The notes below the pieces were generated by a model, which saw only the letters and a program-made list of their open reading frames with translations, was not told the origin of the DNA and did not search any database. Shown one piece after another: positions 39,415 to 53,166 of a stretch of DNA of 64,000 nucleotides. Made by a program: the position numbers and the translations under genes. The DNA comes from Octopus sinensis (taxonomy: Eukaryota). The stretch covers positions 44,900,464 to 44,964,463 of the forward strand of contig NC_043011.1 of assembly GCF_006345805.1 (NCBI RefSeq), in the 5' to 3' direction. Positions within the stretch are counted from its first letter, which is position 1. Every line of letters starts with the position of its first letter.

Positions 39415-40045
39415 CCATACCACACAATAGAACATCGCAGGTGTGCAACTTACGCCTAGAGGAAACCCTGGAGATCGTCACATCCAGAGAAAATATAACT
39501 AATAGACATTCCGAAGTAATTATATCATGTAAGCATAAAAGGAAGGTACCATTCCTAGAATTCGAAAAGAATATTTTGAAACAGAAAAACAATAACCGTC
39601 ATTAGCATCTAATGATACGTCTGCCAAACCTTTTTTTTACCTTACAACACACTGGGCGAGGAGAATTTATTTTGCGGCACACCAAATGAAAATTCCAACA
39701 AAATTGAATATACTTTATTAGTATGAATGAAAATAGATAAATTCTTATCATAGTAACAACAAAATAACATTGTTTTATGAAAATATTATACATATAGCTC
39801 TTTTGTCTTAATAACGGTCAATCACACAGTAATTTCCCTTTGTTTAACGGTCATTTTCATAGCATTTTTTTTCGATGGCTCGATAACTGAAGAGATGGCG
39901 ACGTGGGTTTCCGCCCCGACATCCGAAACTCGGAGTTTTATCATGGCTACCGAATAATTGTCACATTACATCTGCAGATAAATTCCTCTATTTACATAAT
40001 ATCGTGGTCTCTTTCATTCTTTTGTTGCCTTAACATTTCTATCAA
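39214..40045 (+). mobile_element. Penelope-like element 3' remnant (GIY-YIG C-terminal half, UTR and hammerhead)
   Basis: FFYVAGI*DTKKNCLRSHLTLFSNVNKRYFTSLSNLIWRLKQHGVAHTTNWSVI [(AAT)n] ...VCNLRLEETLEIVTSRENITNRHSEVIISCKHKRKVPFL matches the PLE endonuclease tail pattern; hammerhead at 39882. Confidence 0.75.
39882..39942 (+). ncRNA. Type I hammerhead ribozyme downstream of a PLE endonuclease remnant
   Basis: GATAA-CTGAAGA-GATGgCG...CGaCATC-c-GAAAC-tcgga-GTT-TTATC; perfect 5-bp stem I. Confidence 0.7.
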
Positions 40046-40299
40046 TATATATGTGGTAAGTAACTTGCTTACCAGCCACATGGTTCCGGGTTCAGTCCCA
40101 CTGCATGGCACCTTGGGCAAGTGTCTTCTACTGTAGCCGCGGGCCGACCGAAGTCTGGTGAGTGGATTTGGTAGACGGAAACTGAAAGAAGCCCATCGTA
40201 TATATGTATATATGTGTTTGTGTTTGTCCCCCCACCTCCATCATCGCTTGACAACCGATGCTGGCGTGTTTACGTCCCCGTAACTTAGCGGTTTGGCTC

Positions 40300-41250
40300 C
40301 AAAGCGAAATCCAAATTTCTAATAATTCTAACACAGAAAATGAGGCTTTGTGCACAGGATCGTTTTTCAAATCTATCAAGCTTTTTACTTCTGTTAATGT
40401 TAACGACAGGTGTGTACTGTCGGATCTTGCGAAAGGATTGATGACCCGCTCCTACATTTGATAATCAAGTGATGGAAAATACTCAGAAAACGATACAGAG
40501 AGGTTTTCTACTGTCTTCTGCACTTCTGACAAAATTTTAAAATCGTTTGGAAAAGCCTCTACGTCTGGGAATCAGTCAAGCTGCGAGTTTTTAACTTGCC
40601 TTATCCACAGTTCTAACTTGACGGTGAAAGACTTTCATTTGCCTGTAATTGCAATAATATTTTCGTTCGCTCCTTGCAGACTCAAATTTTAAACGTTCAG
40701 CTTCTCAAAAAGATCGTAGAGAAATGCTACTTCCAGCCACCAATTATCAATCGTTAAGAAATTCAAATACAGAATTTTCAGCATTGAGCAAACAGATTAT
40801 TTCAGTTCACAAAGAAATAAATCGAGAGAGCACTTTTCCTTTCAAGAGCCATTGCACTTCTGAATGAAGCAGTAAACACTTACAATCAGAATCCATAGTT
40901 TCACATAGGGATGCAGAAAGTCTGCACCATAGGGAATGCGATTTTATGTAATTCACCACTTTAACAACATTGCCCATCGTCTTCAGGAGACCATTAGGTA
41001 GAGATTTTGACACCAAAACTTAGCGGTGAATCAGGCAATGTACAATTTTAACTTTCTACTTTTGTTTGTACTACATAAGCCACGGAGCCTTTTTTTCGAC
41101 CCTGCATGGATGGAGTGCCATCAGTGCAAATGCTAATACATGTTTGCCACTACATCGCTCTCAATACATCTTGCTTTACCGGGTTAAAGACATCTTCTGT
41201 TGTTCTTTCCTGCAATTCGCAACAAAAGAAAAACTGACTTATGATTTTAC
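40300..41250 (-). mobile_element. hAT (Charlie/Buster-like) transposase pseudogene fragment
   Basis: Minus strand SICTDGTPSM, KIVHCLIHR*, VVKVVNYIKSHSL...LLLHSEVQWLLKGKVLSRF (DG, CxxH and RW-type motifs) with stops and frameshifts. Confidence 0.85.
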
Positions 41251-41792
41251 ACACACTCACAATATAAATAATATATAAATATATGCATATATACATACAT
41301 ATATGTACATACCTACATATATCTGTATATATAAGTGTATATATGGGTACAGGACATAAAAAAACTTAGACACAATGAGAAAACGAAAACATAAAAAAAC
41401 AAAAACATAGAAAACGAACATTTTTCGAACAACGAAAATAAAAAACAGTGAAAAGAGACATGCAGCATAAAGAACATTCCCCTTCATCAACTGTCCCTGT
41501 TTCATCTACTCCGCGTTACGAAGGTAAGGACAATAAGCGACTTCGTTGAAACAGTCCTTCCCGCAAAGTAAATTAAATAAAACTTGGGATTTTTTTGCGG
41601 AGGTTTAAAGTGGTAATAAAAACAGGACAGTGGGAACAAGATAGTAAAAGCAAGCGGTGATGGCTGTTTAGTCAAGATGATGTGAAAAATTATGAACGTT
41701 AGAAAGACGAGCTATGAGAAGAGACAGATAAAAGCACGTCGTCTTTACGAAGGAAGTGAAAGAAAAAAAATAGATTGCCTTTCATCATATAC

Positions 41793-41824
<32 letters not shown>

Positions 41825-41944
41825 AGAACGGGACGATAAGGTGCTGACATTTTGCCGGTGAAGGCGAATCTCGTACAAACGCACACACATACATATATTC
41901 AGTTTTTATTGTGTGTTTATGTGTTTATTTTTCTCTCCTTCCAG

Positions 41945-42208
41945 AAAATTTGTTCTTACGTTCTCTACCCAATTGCCTTTTTGATGGGTACAGCACAAGA
42001 CGATTGTTTGCAAGTCGCTGAACTGATTGGCACCAAAACCTTCCTTAACGAAATGATCGCCTACAGTCGACTGAAAAAGTTCGTGGACAACCGCAGAATT
42101 TTCGATAATTACACTAACTATTATAACATGACAGACGATTGGACACAGATCGGTAGAGATATATTCTTAAATCAAACAGGTACCACATTAGTAGGAGGCA
42201 TTATGGAG
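41945..42208 (+). CDS. SLC28A-like: SLC28-like exon 8
   Basis: CAG acceptor; 264 nt; KICSYVLYPIAFLMG...VAELIGTKTFLNEMIAYSRL...GGIME; donor GTAAGT. Confidence 0.95.
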
Positions 42209-42215
42209 GTAAGTA

Positions 42216-42262
<47 letters not shown>

Positions 42263-42779
42263 GAGTGAGAGAGCAGTGCATGCCATCAAAGTGACACTGG
42301 GGTAAAATATACGAAGCCCAATATACCCATCATGACTACCCGTCTGAGAAGGGTACACCAGGCACATGCATCACAACCATATGTGCGCGACATGGTGATC
42401 TCATATCAAGATAAACAGCACATGACCTTGCAGGTGGGGCCCAGTTAGAATTTTCTTCAGATTGAGTAGCCCATCCCGCTCAAAAGGTTCCTGAATAAGG
42501 GTTGTTTAAGGATGTTGAAAGAACCACCCATGTTTCCAGAGGTGAATTATTCAAACTCCAAAGAATCCCTCTCAACACATGGCTATGATGCTCCCCCACT
42601 ACTTCTGCTCGTGATCAGAGATGCACATATCGTCAGCCACTAAGGGACATGCTCAACTGGTTAAGGTCAAACAACTGACAAGCAAATCTGTGGTATTGAG
42701 CAGAATATTTGCTGTAGCCCATCTTTTATACCAAGACAAAACAATGTACATGATAACACTTCCAATCAGTTAAGATCAG

Positions 42780-42780
<1 letters not shown>
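42263..42780 (-). mobile_element. Probable truncated non-LTR element 3' region embedded in (ATT)n
   Basis: Complex 520-bp sequence bounded on both sides by (ATT)n, the same target type as the Dong-like pieces; no diagnostic ORF. Confidence 0.4.
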
Positions 42781-42821
<41 letters not shown>

Positions 42822-42900
42822 GTTGTTGTTGTTGTTGTTATCATCATTATTATCATTATTTTCATCATCATTATCATCATTATTGTTATTATTATTATTG

Positions 42901-42985
<85 letters not shown>

Positions 42986-43563
42986 CATCATCATTATTAC
43001 TGTTATTATTATTAAGGCGGCGAGCTGGCAGAATCGTTAGCACGCTGGACGAAATGCATAGTGGTATTTCGCCCGTCGCTACGTTCTGATTTCAAATTCC
43101 GCCAAGGTCGACTTTGCCTTTCATCCGTTCGGGAGTCGATGAAATAAGTACCAGTTACGTACTGGGGTCGACGTAATAGACTTATCCCCCTCCCCCAACG
43201 TTTCAGGTTTTGTGCCTATGGTAGAAAAGATTATTAAGACGGCAAGCTGGCCGAATCGTTATCACTCCAGACAAAATGCATTTTCGATCTGAGTTCAAAT
43301 TCCGCCGAGAGTGACTTTGTATTTTATCGTTATGAAGTCACGCTGAATTTCCTTGAGAACTACGGGAAGAGTACGCGTATCTGTGGAGTACTCAGCCACT
43401 TGCAGCACGTCAATTTCACGAGCGGGCTGTTCTGTCGATTGGATCAACTGGAACAGTCATCGTCGTAATCGACGGAGTGCCAGCAGCAAGAACCATTAAA
43501 GCCACCCCTCCCCTTTGCACCAGCAATTCTTAAATTCTTACACCCTTCTATTATCTTCCACAG

Positions 43564-43744
43564 GTCCGTTCTGAGATCATCTCCACCTATGCCCTTTGTG
43601 GTTTTGCCAACATTGGTTCTATGGGTATTGTACTGGGAGGACTTACCATTCTGGCACCCCAAAAGAGAGACATCATTGCACAAACAGTGGTAAGGGCAAT
43701 GATAGCCGGCAACGTCGCTTGTTTCCTAACAGCTTGTATTGCAG
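43564..43744 (+). CDS. SLC28A-like: SLC28-like exon 9
   Basis: CAG acceptor; VRSEIISTYALCGFANIGSMGIVLGGLTILAPQKR...RAMIAGNVACFLTACIA(G); donor G|GTAAGT phase 1. Confidence 0.96.
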
Positions 43745-43807
43745 GTAAGTTGGAGAATGGTGCTGTTGAAGTTGTTGTTGTTGTGGTGGTAGTAGTAGTA
43801 GTAGAGT

Positions 43808-44191
43808 GGAGGCGCAATGGCCCAGTGGTTAGGGCAGCGGACACGCGGTCATAGGATCGCGGTTTCGATTCCCAGACCGGACGTTGTGAGTGTTTATTGA
43901 GCGAAAACACCTAAAGCTCCACGAGGCTCCGGCAGGGGATGGTGGTAATCCCTGCTGTACTCTTTCACCACAACTTTCTCTCACTCTTACTTCCTGTTTC
44001 TGTTGTACCTGTATTTCAAAGGGCCGGCCTTGTCACTCTCTGTGTCACGCTGAATATCCCCGAGAACTACGTTAAGGGTACACGTGTCTGTGGAGTGCTC
44101 AGCCACTTACACGTTAATTTCACGAGCAGGCTGTTTCCGTTGATTCGGATCAACCGGAACCCTCGTCGTCGTAACCGACGGAGTGCTTCCA
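43808..44191 (+). mobile_element. SINE family B, about 64 nt downstream of the exon 9 donor
   Basis: Full length, inserted in (GTA)n. Related older variants near 11780, 17250, 35295 and 46849. Confidence 0.85.
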
Positions 44192-44466
44192 CAGTAGTAG
44201 TAGTAGTAGTAGTACTAGTGGTAGTGGTGGGGTGGCGGTCGCGGCGGCTTTTGCTGTCCTCTTCGTTGTTTAGCCCCATGTTAGCTCTGGGCGATCAGCC
44301 CCTACGTTGCGCCGAACAATGTTGTACACCCCACGGATTTCTCTTCACTGTACCACCAAGTTCTTCTCTGGGTGAGGACCATGCTACCCCGTTCATCCCC
44401 ACATTCAGTTACGAATCGATTGGAGAGACAGTGCGACATGCTTGACATTTGGTGCTCTCCATCCAT

Positions 44467-44557
<91 letters not shown>

Positions 44558-44622
44558 ACTGTCAAGTGTATTTATGTACTCCAGCAAACACTGTCCACTC
44601 CCACATGTAGGAGACATCGGTG

Positions 44623-44697
44623 CGTGGTACAGCGTGACGTGGTACAGCGTGACGTGGTACAGCGTGACGTGGTACAGCGTGACGTGGTACAGCGTGA
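44623..44697 (+). repeat. Perfect 15-bp tandem repeat x5 (CGTGGTACAGCGTGA)
   Basis: Read directly; runs into a tRNA-like SINE head. Confidence 0.95.
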
Positions 44698-45128
44698 CGT
44701 GGTCCAGTGGTCAGAGGATTACACTCACGACTGCGAGATAGTGGTTTCGATTCCCATTGCCTTCTTAAGCAACACACTTCATTTCACATGTAAATGACTA
44801 ACGCTGCGACGAACTGGCGTCCAATTCAGGAAAAGTGTTGCGATCCCTGTCACTTATACGCCATGGACCCGAGTAACCAAGTAACCGGTCCTATGAATCC
44901 TAGAACTCAAACCTGTAAAGTCCAGATGACTTACTTCTGCTACTACTACAACTGCTGCTGCTGCTACTACTACTATTAGACTGTCGAATATGCTGTTGTT
45001 ATCGTTGAGGATTTTGATGATGTTAACATAGCTTTTTGGTGTGTTGCTTTTGTAGTTTATAACTTGTTTTATATATAATTTATATTTCTCATTTGTCTCT
45101 CTCTTCTACCTACATATTTACCTGCCAG

Positions 45129-45185
<57 letters not shown>

Positions 45186-45469
45186 ATTAATTCTCTCTCT
45201 CTCCTCTCTCTCTACTCTCACTCTCGGCTCTCTCCTCTCTCTCTCTCTCTCTATAATATATATATATAATATATATATATATATATTCGCCAATAGATCG
45301 CTAGCCACTACACATTTTTATTTTCTCTCCCTGTTTATTTTCTGTGGAAGAGCGTAGGCTCGAAACGTTAAAGACTCTTTCACTTCCGATTCCGACGTTA
45401 AACTAATACATCTATTTATTGTCTACACCACCTGTCTTTTGTTTTTTTTAATGAATTCTCTCCCTATAT

Positions 45470-45498
45470 ATGTATACACCACACCACACACACATATA

Positions 45499-45546
<48 letters not shown>

Positions 45547-46056
45547 GTCATATAATATATATATATATAATTTAAATATATATATATATAATATATATAT
45601 ATATTTAAATATATATAATATAATATATATATATATATTTAAATATATATATATATATATAATATGTATATATATATATAATAATATTGTATATTATATA
45701 ATATTATATTAATATATATATATATAATATGTATATATAATATATATATTATAATATGTATATATATATAATATGTATAGTATAATATGTATATATATAT
45801 ATAATATGTTATATATAATGTATATATACTAATATGTATATATAATGTATGTATATATAATGTATATATATAATATGTATATATAATGTATATATATATA
45901 CTTATGTAGAAATATATATATATATATTTAAATATTATATATATATATATATATTTATATGATATACACTATATATATATATTATTTTATGATATCACAT
46001 ATATATATATACATTATATATTACATATATATATATAACATATTATATATACAGAT

Positions 46057-46087
<31 letters not shown>

Positions 46088-46850
46088 TATATATACAATT
46101 ATATATATTATATTATATACATATTATATATATATACATATTATATATAGAGAGACTTAGTTATTTTAATATTTCTATTAATATAATATGTATATATATT
46201 AATATGTATATATAATATATATATATATATTTAAATATATATATATAATATATATATATATAATATATATAGGTATATAATATACACATATATATATATA
46301 ATATATATGTATATATATACACATTAATATATAGATATATTGTCTAGATATACACATATATATATATATATTAATATGTATATGAATATACACATATATA
46401 TATATATAATATAATATATATAATATATATATAGTATAATGCTATACACATATATATATATATATGAGATGATATACACATATATATATATATATGTATG
46501 TATATGATATACACATATATATATATATATATATGTATATGATATATACATATATATATATATATATGTATATGATATACACATATATATATATATATGT
46601 ATATGATATACACATATATATATATATATGTATGTATATGATATACACATATATATGATATATACATGTATATGATATACACATATATATGATATATACA
46701 TGTATATGATATACACATATATATGATATATACACATATATGATATATATATAATATAATATGATATAATATATAATATATAATATTATATAATATATGT
46801 GCGTATATATATAATATATATATATATATAATAATATATATTATATATCG
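45470..46850. repeat. Very long degenerate (TA)n block (other large microsatellite blocks at 6890-7450, 9774-10320, 20270-20800, 27000-27460, 36740-37010, 48225-48772, 50085-50580)
   Basis: Read directly. Confidence 0.95.
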
Positions 46851-47098
46851 GCACTCCGTCGGTGACCACGGAACCCTTCCTGTTGATCCGATCAACGGAA
46901 CAGCCTCCTCGTGAAATTAACGTGCAAGTGACTGAGCACTCCAGAGACACGTGTGCCCTTAATGTAGTTCTCAGGTACTACTCATTTTTGCCAGGAGCAA
47001 TGTGAAATTAAGGACACAACGCGTCACTGGGAATTGAACTCTCGGTCATGAGCCGAATACTCTAACCACAAGGCCACACGCCTTCACAATCAATCAAT

Positions 47099-47142
<44 letters not shown>

Positions 47143-47185
47143 ACAAAGTGTGCGTACACCGCTATATATATATATACATATATAT

Positions 47186-47820
47186 ATAATACAATACAAA
47201 ATGGGACAAGAACGCAAAACATCCGGACAACTAAGTGATACAAGAAGGGACAACAAAACATCCAGATAGACGATACAAGAAAACAAGGACGGGTTATTTG
47301 AAGCCTTTTATCGCCAGTCAAGAACCGGATCATCCTCTCAATTTCAGCTGATTGATCTTGAGATTGCTCCAATCTGGCCAGCCCCAAGGAAAAACTAAGC
47401 TAAGAGTATTAGATTCCTTGGAAAAAAGCATCGAATGTATACGAAAACAAAGACGGAAAAACAGACGATGTTACACGAATATAAATACAATAAAAATAAA
47501 TAATAATAATAACAGGACATATTCGTGTAACATCGTCTGTTTTCCCGTCCTTGTTTTCGTATACATTCGATGCTTTTTTTCCAAGGAATTTAAAGCTCTT
47601 AGCTTAGTTTTTTCTTGGGGTTGGCCAGATTGGAGCAATCTCAAGATTAATCAGCCGAAATTGCGAGGATGATCCGGTTCTTGACTGGCGATAAAAGGCT
47701 TCGAATAACCAGTCCTTGTTTTTTTTTTTGTATCGTCTATCTGGATGTTGTGTTGTCCCTTTTTGTATCACCTAGTTGTCCGGATGTTTTGCGTTCTTGT
47801 CCCATTTTGTATTTTATGAT
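47186..47820. repeat. Long inverted repeat (about 300-bp arms, 36-nt spacer)
   Basis: 47186-47482 is the reverse complement of 47519-47820 with scattered mismatches; flanked by (TA)n. Confidence 0.9.
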
Positions 47821-48820
47821 ATATATATATATATATATATATATATCTTTCTATGTGTTTGCTGTTAAAGTATCTCTCTGATTTTCTATCTGTCTACCTA
47901 TCTGTCTCTGTCTTTTTCTCTTTCTTTCTCACTCTCTTTTCTCTCTCTCTCTCTCACTCTCTCTCTCTATCTATCTATCTGTCTGTCTGTCTGTCTATCT
48001 TCTGTCTGTCTATCTATCTATATGTATATACATATAATGTCTACCTAAACCTATATATCTTCGCACATACACACAAGCGCGCGTGCACACACACACACAT
48101 ACATACATACATACATACATACACACATGAAGAAGCCTTGAATCTAGGTTAGAAACCGGCTCTTTCGCTATTGGGAAGAAATCTTGAAATACAAGGGAAT
48201 AATGACATGCATACACTCATGCGCACACATGCCCACACACACATACATACCTACACACATGCATACCTACATACATACATACCTACATACATACATACAT
48301 ACAATCATACATACATACATACACACATACATACAATCATACATACATACCTACATACAACATACATACATACACACATGCATACCTACAATCATACATA
48401 CATACATACATACATACATACATACCTACATACATACCTACATACCTACACACATACATACATACATACCTACATACATACATACATGCATGCATGCATA
48501 CATACATACACACATACCTACATACATACATACATACCTACACACATACATACATACCTACATACCTACATACATACATACATACCTACATACATACATA
48601 CCTACACACATACATACATACATACACACATACATACATACATACATACATACATACATACCTACATACACACACATACATATATACATACATACATACA
48701 TACCTACACACAAACATACATACATACCTATAATCATACATACATACATACATACATACATACATACATACATTGTTTATCTGTCATTATATCCCTCTCA
48801 CATTCTTCTCTTCTTTTTAG

Positions 48821-48840
48821 GTCTAATGATCTACCAATAG
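48821..48840 (+). CDS. SLC28A-like: SLC28-like terminal coding exon 10 (GLMIYQ*)
   Basis: Strong pyrimidine tract + TAG acceptor at 48818-48820; completes the phase-1 Gly codon giving ...ACIAGLMIYQ-stop; AATAAA at 49006-49011. Confidence 0.7.
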
Positions 48841-49037
48841 CGAAAACGCCTCAAGTTTCAAAATGCTGTCCATCAGAAAACAAACAGAACCAAGAACTCA
48901 TTTTCAGAATCATTTTCAGAATCAAGTTCAGAATCAAGAACTCATTTTCAGACCATTTCATGGGATTTTCTAGAAAAACCAAGAAAAAGAAAAAAATAAC
49001 AGACAAATAAAATGAGAGTGAAAAGCGAGAGAAGGAA

Positions 49038-49128
<91 letters not shown>

Positions 49129-50085
49129 AGGAAAGAGAGCGACAAAAGAAAGAAAGAAAGAGAGTGAGAGAGAGAGAGAGAGAGAGAAACTATAACGTGG
49201 TGTGTGTGTGCATGTATGTATATACGTATGTATGTACGCATGTATGTATGTATATATGTGTGTATATATGCATATATATATATATAGAGATATATAGGTA
49301 AACAGTAAAAATAATACAGCAGGGACAAGAACATGAAACACCACAGAGACGACACAAGAACCACAGGACGGGACATTCGAAGCCCTCAGTCATCAGTCAA
49401 GAAACCAGATCATCTTAGCAATTTCGGCTGATTAATCTTGAGATTGCTCCGATATGGCCAGCCCGCCAATATATATATATATATTGATCCACACAAGTGG
49501 AAGTATAGACGAAATGTAGTTGAATAACATGCACAGATAATGTATTAGAATTAATTAGAATTTAATTAGATTTTGAAATATAGGTATAAACTTGACCGGT
49601 TTCACATTAGACTTTCAACGAGGTATATGGCGCTGCGCTGTGCCGCGAATTATGGCTTTTTCTGGCCGTTGTTATAAAAGTTGTTAGCTTTTAAGGCGAG
49701 AGTGCGCCCCAGAACGCTATCCATTGACGCACAAACTGATTTGTCAACGTTTATGTTAAGCTCATATGACAGACGTGCGAGAAGTCCACATGAAAGCTTT
49801 GCTCCATTGAAAGCTAGCTCATCAGATCACCGGAGTATCATGACTACATCAACAGTTCAACTCTAGGGTTAAAACGGCAATAATTGGGACCAAGAAATAT
49901 CGATACTGCCCAGAAACTAATTCCTTATGGTTTGTTTGGTTACATTTAGTGAAGAAATATTCCTGATGTTTCATAGAGTTCCCTGCTCCATTTGAAGTGC
50001 AAAGAGCTGGGAATTCTATAAAATCAAAGTAGATGGACTTCATTTCAGCTAAACATATTTCACAGAAAACTCTATTGATAAGATA

Positions 50086-50121
<36 letters not shown>

Positions 50122-50288
50122 TGTATGTATGCATGTATGTATGTATGTATGTATGTATGTATTATGTATGTATGCACGTATGTATGTATGTATGCACGTA
50201 TGTATGTATGTATGTATGTATGTATGTATGTATGTATGCACGTATGTACGTATGTATATATACGATATATATGCACTATATATATACG

Positions 50289-50320
<32 letters not shown>

Positions 50321-50438
50321 TATATATATATATATACATGTGCGTATATATACATAAACATGTGTGTATATGTATATATATATATATGCAAGTATGCGTC
50401 TGTGTATATATATATGTGTGTGTGTGTATATATATATG

Positions 50439-50470
<32 letters not shown>

Positions 50471-51671
50471 TATACACACGCACACATACATATATAAGTA
50501 TATGTATTCCTGCATGTATATATGTGTGTGTCTGTGTGCGCGCGTGCGTGTGTGTGTGTGTGTCTGTGTGCGTGTACACTATAACAGGTAAACCATAACA
50601 CACATTAAAAACTAATAAATATATAAATTTTATATTATATATCAGAAACTGACTGAAACTATATTTTATTAATCGCTGTATTCTACAATACCTAGATGTT
50701 CGTGTGTGTGTGTGTGTGTGTGTGTGTGTTGCGTGTGTTTCTGTGCGTCTGAGTGTGAGTGTGTGAGTGTGTGTATGCATATGTTAGTGTGAGTGCGTGT
50801 GCATGTGTATGTTTTACTTTCAGCAGCTATTACAGAGCAAAATTACACTTTGGGACAATTAATCTACATATATCAACTTGACAGACAATACCATTTAATA
50901 TTTTTTTTATGTACATTTAATTTTCTACTCAGAGTTTAGCATTTAAGCTTTTTGTGGGGCATTAAGTTTCCCAAAGACTTTAAAAAATTCAAGATATTCC
51001 ATAAATGTTATGGAAGATGACAATTAACAAACATTTTTGTAGTTGCAGTAAAACATTCATGTATTTTTCTATGTAAAACTACAGTTGAAGTAAAACGTTT
51101 TTCTATGTACAATCCTTGAGTAATAATTGAAAACAATTAATTCATAATTCAATGCTTAATATTCTTTTTGTCTATCCAGAGACGTTTGTTTATTTCATGT
51201 TTTTTTTTCTATGTAAACATAACAAGGTAGCGATTATATATGGCAAAAACCTTCGGTGGTTGATAAATACAATCGATGAGGAAAGGAATGAAAGTAAAAA
51301 AGACAATGTGGGAGAATAAAGAAAAGTTAGAAGAGGACGTGAAACACATGTGGGAGCAGGTGTAAAAGGGAAAAAGAAAAACACATATGCATCAAGTTAA
51401 TTTTACATACACACAAACACATACACACATATACATACACACACATATACATATATGCACATATGTTTACTTATATGTATGTTTACATATAGATATATAC
51501 ACATAAGTGAAACATTTATATACAGATACATAAACATATATAGGTGGTGCTCCAGCATGACCGTAGTCAAATGACTGAAACAAGTAGAGTAAAAGAATGT
51601 GTGTGTGTGTATTATGCATGTATGTACACATATACATAAGAATTTTAAGGAATAAACAGTCTTTATAACAA

Positions 51672-51788
51672 ATATTTACAACTGTTTCCGTGCATCAGCT
51701 CGTAATTGCTGAATGTCTCAAATATTATACACATTATTATATTAATATGGTCCAAGAATAACTGTATACATGCACGTCTTCAGATGAG
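51672..51788 (-). ncRNA. Hammerhead core with long stem II, stem I decayed
   Basis: Minus strand CTGAAGA-CGTGCAT...ATGCACG-GAAAC-agtt-GTA. Confidence 0.5.
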
Positions 51789-51989
51789 TATAGCCCAATA
51801 CACTGCAAGATTATTTTTAGTTTCTCTTTGTTGTATACCCACACGGTTACACTCTTTTTAACATTCCATTGACAAGGAACAATACGGAAATACAAAACGA
51901 TAGCAGGCCCTGCATGTGAAACTAATAGGCTTAGTAACTTCCTGGACTTTCAAAGCATTGGTCAGTATCCAAAACATCGGTCAACCCGA

Positions 51990-52245
51990 GACCAGGTTAG
52001 AGTAAACCTGATTAAGGTAGATACCTGGCCAAGGCAGAACATACTTAGCTAAGGTACAACACACCTTGCCTTGGTGCAACACACCTGATCAAGGTACAAC
52101 ACAGCTGGTCAAAGTTGACCACCAAGATACAACACACCTGGCCTAGGTACAACACACCTGGTCAGTGTAGAACACACCTGATCTAGATACAGCACACCTG
52201 ATTAAGGTTGAACACAAAGATACAACGCACTTCGCCAAAGTAGAA
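51990..52245 (+). repeat. Degenerate 20-bp minisatellite (AGGTACAACACACCTGGTCA)
   Basis: About 12 diverged units. Confidence 0.75.
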
Positions 52246-52653
52246 AACCCAACACCCTTTCCTCCTCCACTCATAGTTTCTCTGCCGCCACTGGCAGCCT
52301 TCTTTGCCATTGGCCTCAACCTTTTTTTACCACCTACTTTCCTTCAACCTCACCAATCTTTCTACCATCCTGCTAAACCATAGGAATAGTTTCTAACGCA
52401 GAGAAAAAGACTGAACTAATTTACAATTACGTGCCTACCACTTATTCTCTCAACCTCGTGAAAATTTTTTTTAAATTCTTTTAATGTGAAGTTCAGCTTT
52501 TCGAGATTTGAACACTGGCTCTAAATTCCCACACCAAACTTCCGAATAATATTAATACAGGACTCAAGCGTACTTTTAACCACTGGACTAACGCACCTTC
52601 TTTTAGTAATAGTTATTTATATGAGATGTAAGACATGTTAATGCGGAAGGATA

Positions 52654-53166
52654 CCGTAAATCCTCGAGTATAATCCGCATTTCCCCGCCCAAAATTTAAC
52701 GGTCAAAATCCCTAGTGCGTACTATATACGAGGTTAAAAATGAAAACCATTTCTAAGCAATGTCCGAGTCTCTATTTGCTGTCCGGCAATTTTTATTCAG
52801 ACGCATTTTGTGATGTCGGGCGCGAAAATACCTTAAGCTAAGCCTGAAAGCAATGAAGTCATAAAAGAATCATCCATAACTTGCAGTAAGCAATATTTAT
52901 TAAACGTTATTACTGTTATTTCTTTATTTTCTGCAAACAAAATGCACAAAAAAGCTACATGTTTGCATTATGTTATATATACATATAATAATAAAGGACG
53001 TCACCGTATACATTTTTACAAACCAAGGACGTTATATAGACCTCCTTGACTCAAGTTAGAGAAGGGGTGCGTATTATACACAAGATTTAGGTTTTTCAGA
53101 GGTACAACCCACTAAAAATCCCCTGCGTATTATACTCAAGGGCGGACTATACTCGAGGATTTGCGG
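52654..53166. mobile_element. Tc1/mariner-pogo-like MITE
   Basis: 25-bp TIRs CCGTAAATCCTCGAGTATAATCCGC (2 mismatches), TA on both flanks, internal sub-terminal TGCGTATTATAC repeats. Confidence 0.85.

Noticed and set aside
49590-49625. Minus-strand TTGAAAG...GAAAC-CG-GTC motif (similar weak case at 63585-63632)
   Set aside because: Core and stem II are too decayed to call; possibly fossil U3-A8 copies.
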